Source: an uncultured Verrucomicrobiae bacterium (GTDB lineage Bacteria; Verrucomicrobiota; Verrucomicrobiia; Limisphaerales; J093). From it: a stretch of DNA of 64,000 bases. The translations under genes and the position numbers were made by a program. Of the stretch, positions 61,755 to 64,000 are shown piece after piece. A model generated the notes under the pieces. That model was not told where the DNA came from. It saw only the letters and a list, made by a program, of their open reading frames with translations, and searched no databases. The DNA lies in assembly GCA_937946835.1 (NCBI GenBank), contig CALFAV010000026.1, positions 39,228 through 103,227 on the forward strand, written 5' to 3'. Within the stretch, counting starts at the first letter, position 1. Each line of letters starts with the position of its first letter.

Positions 61755-63353
61755 GTGCCGCGCCGGGCCACGCCGCGGGAGGCGACGCCGGACGCCGGCC
61801 GGGGCGCTCCTGCACCCACCACGGAACCGCACCGGACCGTGACTGAGCTTGTCACCCTTCAACTGCAACCGCTGGCCCGGCGCTTGACGGTGCCCCGCGG
61901 CGCACCGCTCCAGGAGGTGCTCTTTCCCCTGGGCGTGGAATTTCCCTGCGGCGGCCGCGGCCGGTGTCGGGGCTGCCGCGTGCGCGTGCGGGCCGGGGAA
62001 CTGCCGGTCACGGCCGAGGACCTGCGGCTGTTGGGGCCGGAGCGGGTGGCCGAAGGGTGGCGACTGGCCTGTCAGGCCCGGGCCTTGGGCGATCTGGTGC
62101 TCGGGCTGGCCCAGTGGGAAGCGCCGATTCTGGGGGACGAAACGCCCGTGGCCGTCACGCCCCGTCCGGGGCTGGGAGTGGCCGTGGACCTGGGCACCAC
62201 CACGGTGGTGGCCCAGTTGCTTGACCTGACCAGTGGCCGCGTGTTGGCGGTGCGCAGCGCGCTCAACGCCCAGGCCCGGCACGGGGCGGACATCATGAGC
62301 CGCATCGAATTTGCGCTCGCTGATGCCGGCCGCGCCCGGCTCACCGGCTTGATCCGCGAACAGGTGGGCGGACTGCTGACCGAGCTGCTGGCCGCGGCGC
62401 CGGGTGCGGGGTCGCTCACCGAGGTGGTCCTGGTCGGCAACACGGTCATGCACCACCTGTTTTGCGGGTTGTCGGTGGCGCCGCTGGCGCACCACCCCTT
62501 CGAGCCGGAAGACGACGGCTTGAAGGTCTTCGCCGGCGCGGAATTGGGGTGGACCTTCGCCGCCGCGGCGCAGGTGTGTTTCCTGCCGTGCCTGGGCGGG
62601 TTTGTGGGCAGTGACATTCTGGCGGGCATTCTGGCCACGGGCCTGCACCGGAGCGAACGGCCGGCGATGCTGGTGGACCTGGGGACCAACGGCGAAATCG
62701 TGGTCGGCACCCGCGACCGGTTGCTCTGCGCCTCGACCGCCGCCGGGCCGGCCTTCGAGGGTGCCCGCATCACGCAGGGCATGCGCGCGGCCACGGGCGC
62801 CATTCACGCGGTCCGACTGCTCGCCGGCGGCGCGTGGGCGGTGTCGGTGCTGGGTGGGGGCGAGCCGCGGGGGATTTGCGGCAGCGGTCTGGTGGACGCG
62901 GTGGCCTGCGGCCTGGAGGCGGGGCGCATTCAGCCCTCGGGCCGACTCCCCGGGGGGGACGCGCTGAAGCTCGCCGAGCCGGTGGCGTTGACCCAGGCGG
63001 ACATTCGTGAACTGCAACTGGCCAAGGGCGCCATTGCCGCCGGCATCGAGCTGCTGCTGATGCGGCTGGGGCTGCGCGCGGAAGACCTGGACCGGGTGTG
63101 GCTGGCGGGGGCGTTTGGCAACTACATCAGCCGCGCCAGCGCCCGGCGGATCGGCCTGTTGCCCTTCCCGCCGGAGCAGGTCGAGCCGGCCGGCAACACG
63201 GCCCTGCGCGGGGCCAAGCTGGTGTTGTGCGGTGCAGCCGGCCCGGACCGGGCGTTGCCGGAAGTGCGGGCGCGGGTCGAGCACGTGGCCTTGAAGGAAG
63301 ACCCGCGGTTTCAGGACGCCTACGTGGCGGCCATGGGTTTCCCGGTGCGGTGA
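61755..63353 (+). CDS. 2Fe-2S ferredoxin domain plus ASKHA (DUF4445) protein, RACo-like corrinoid-activation family
   Basis: CGGRGRCRGCRV ... LACQA (plant-type 2Fe-2S). GVAVDLGTTTVVAQLLDL and LVDLGTNGEIVVG (ASKHA phosphate loops). GICGSGLVD. Start is GTG 61755 or, more likely, GTG 61839 (VTELVTLQLQP). Confidence 0.65.
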   Translation: MPRRATPREATPDAGRGAPAPTTEPHRTVTELVTLQLQPLARRLTVPRGAPLQEVLFPLGVEFPCGGRGRCRGCRVRVRAGELPVTAEDLRLLGPERVAEGWRLACQARALGDLVLGLAQWEAPILGDETPVAVTPRPGLGVAVDLGTTTVVAQLLDLTSGRVLAVRSALNAQARHGADIMSRIEFALADAGRARLTGLIREQVGGLLTELLAAAPGAGSLTEVVLVGNTVMHHLFCGLSVAPLAHHPFEPEDDGLKVFAGAELGWTFAAAAQVCFLPCLGGFVGSDILAGILATGLHRSERPAMLVDLGTNGEIVVGTRDRLLCASTAAGPAFEGARITQGMRAATGAIHAVRLLAGGAWAVSVLGGGEPRGICGSGLVDAVACGLEAGRIQPSGRLPGGDALKLAEPVALTQADIRELQLAKGAIAAGIELLLMRLGLRAEDLDRVWLAGAFGNYISRASARRIGLLPFPPEQVEPAGNTALRGAKLVLCGAAGPDRALPEVRARVEHVALKEDPRFQDAYVAAMGFPVR

Positions 63354-63472
63354 AGCGATGTCGAGGCCCGGGGGGCTTGCGCTTGCGCGCGCGGGGCGGG
63401 CCAACGCGCGCAGACCGGGCGCCCCGGAAACCAGTTGACACCGGAGGCGCCGGGTCGCGAAATCGCCGCAAC

Positions 63473-64000
63473 ATGATTCACGTCGCTTCGCATCTGCCCG
63501 GCCTTTGCGCCGTGGGCTTCGCCCTCGCTGCGGGTTTGCTGGCCGCCGAAACGCCCGCGCCAACCGACCTGCCCGCGCTGGACACCGTGCTGGCCCGGTA
63601 TGTGGAGGCCATCGGCGGGCAGGCCCGGATCGAAAAGCTCAGTTCCCGGGTCATCGAGGGCGAGGTCGAGATGTCCCTGGTCCCCGGCACGTTTGCGTTG
63701 CGGGTGCTGGCCAAGGCCCCGGACCGGCAGCTTTCGGTGATCACCATCCCGGGTTTTGGCGAAATGCAGGAGGGCTACGACGGCACCAACGCGTGGGTGA
63801 AAAACCCGATGGTGGGTGTGGCGGATCGCCCGGCCGTCGAGTTGCCCAAGGTGCGGCGGGATGCCCAGTTCCACCGCGAGCTCCAGTATCGGAAAATCTT
63901 CCCGGACCTGGCCGTGAAAAGCGTGGACCGCTCGGGGCCGGAGCCGCTGGTGGTCACCGAGTCGCGGCCGGACCCGAAATCGTTGGAGCGTTTTTATTTC
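63473..64000 (+). CDS. Secreted protein of unknown function (5' partial; runs off the window)
   Basis: Not in the ORF track because no stop lies in the window. Translating by hand from ATG 63473 gives MIHVASHLPGLCAVGFALAAGLLAAETPAP...ARYVEAIGGQARIEKLSS...TNAWVKNPMVG... It stays open in frame to 64000, has G/C-rich third positions and a clear signal peptide. Confidence 0.55.
   Translation, partial: MIHVASHLPGLCAVGFALAAGLLAAETPAPTDLPALDTVLARYVEAIGGQARIEKLSSRVIEGEVEMSLVPGTFALRVLAKAPDRQLSVITIPGFGEMQEGYDGTNAWVKNPMVGVADRPAVELPKVRRDAQFHRELQYRKIFPDLAVKSVDRSGPEPLVVTESRPDPKSLERFYF

Noticed and set aside
63435-63463. Possible sigma70-type promoter TTGACA-17 nt-CGAAAT just upstream of ATG 63473
   Set aside because: The -35 is perfect but the -10 matches TATAAT only at its last three positions. 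It would also imply a nearly leaderless mRNA. I cannot support it without TSS data.

Overview
Visibly GC-rich bacterial chromosomal segment with about 37 protein-coding genes. I found no rRNA, tRNA, CRISPR array, IS element or prophage. All family calls come from motif recognition by eye; no searches or computations were run.

The gene content suggests the PVC superphylum, most likely Verrucomicrobiota. This is inference, based on:
- a prepilin-type DUF1559-like pseudopilin
- several giant secreted LamG/Ig/RCC1 proteins
- a squalene-hopene cyclase
- very long antisense shadow ORFs

Housekeeping and metabolic genes:
- Carbohydrate: ThuA-like, pgm, nagA, gnd, an MFS sugar transporter, a GH88-like hydrolase
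- Energy and redox: 2-oxoacid dehydrogenase E2 plus lpdA, an OYE-type flavin oxidoreductase, trxB
- Repair and recombination: uvrA, a Xer-type recombinase
- Other: HesB/IscA-type Fe-S carrier, MscS-family channel, DUF1638, RACo-like 2Fe-2S/ASKHA protein

Most interesting observations:
1. A translationally coupled gene pair (8916-12157) looks like a divergent MotA/ExbB-type plus ExbD/TolR/MotB-type ion-driven stator. Its B-like subunit carries a roughly 250-residue coiled coil and a protease-like head that lacks the catalytic Ser.
2. A 1454-aa fusion joins a GlgE-like GH13 domain to an amylo-alpha-1,6-glucosidase (GDE_C-type) domain.
3. Four large secreted proteins share a C-terminal strand-W-strand domain ending in (F/W)(Y/F)R-x-x-x. 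This may be an uncharacterised sorting tag.
4. An AAA/DUF4143 ATPase gene carries two compensating frameshifts at poly-G runs.
5. A (GGGGGGC)x3 G-tract repeat lies inside uvrA.
6. Two ABC-ATPase modules have unusual partners.
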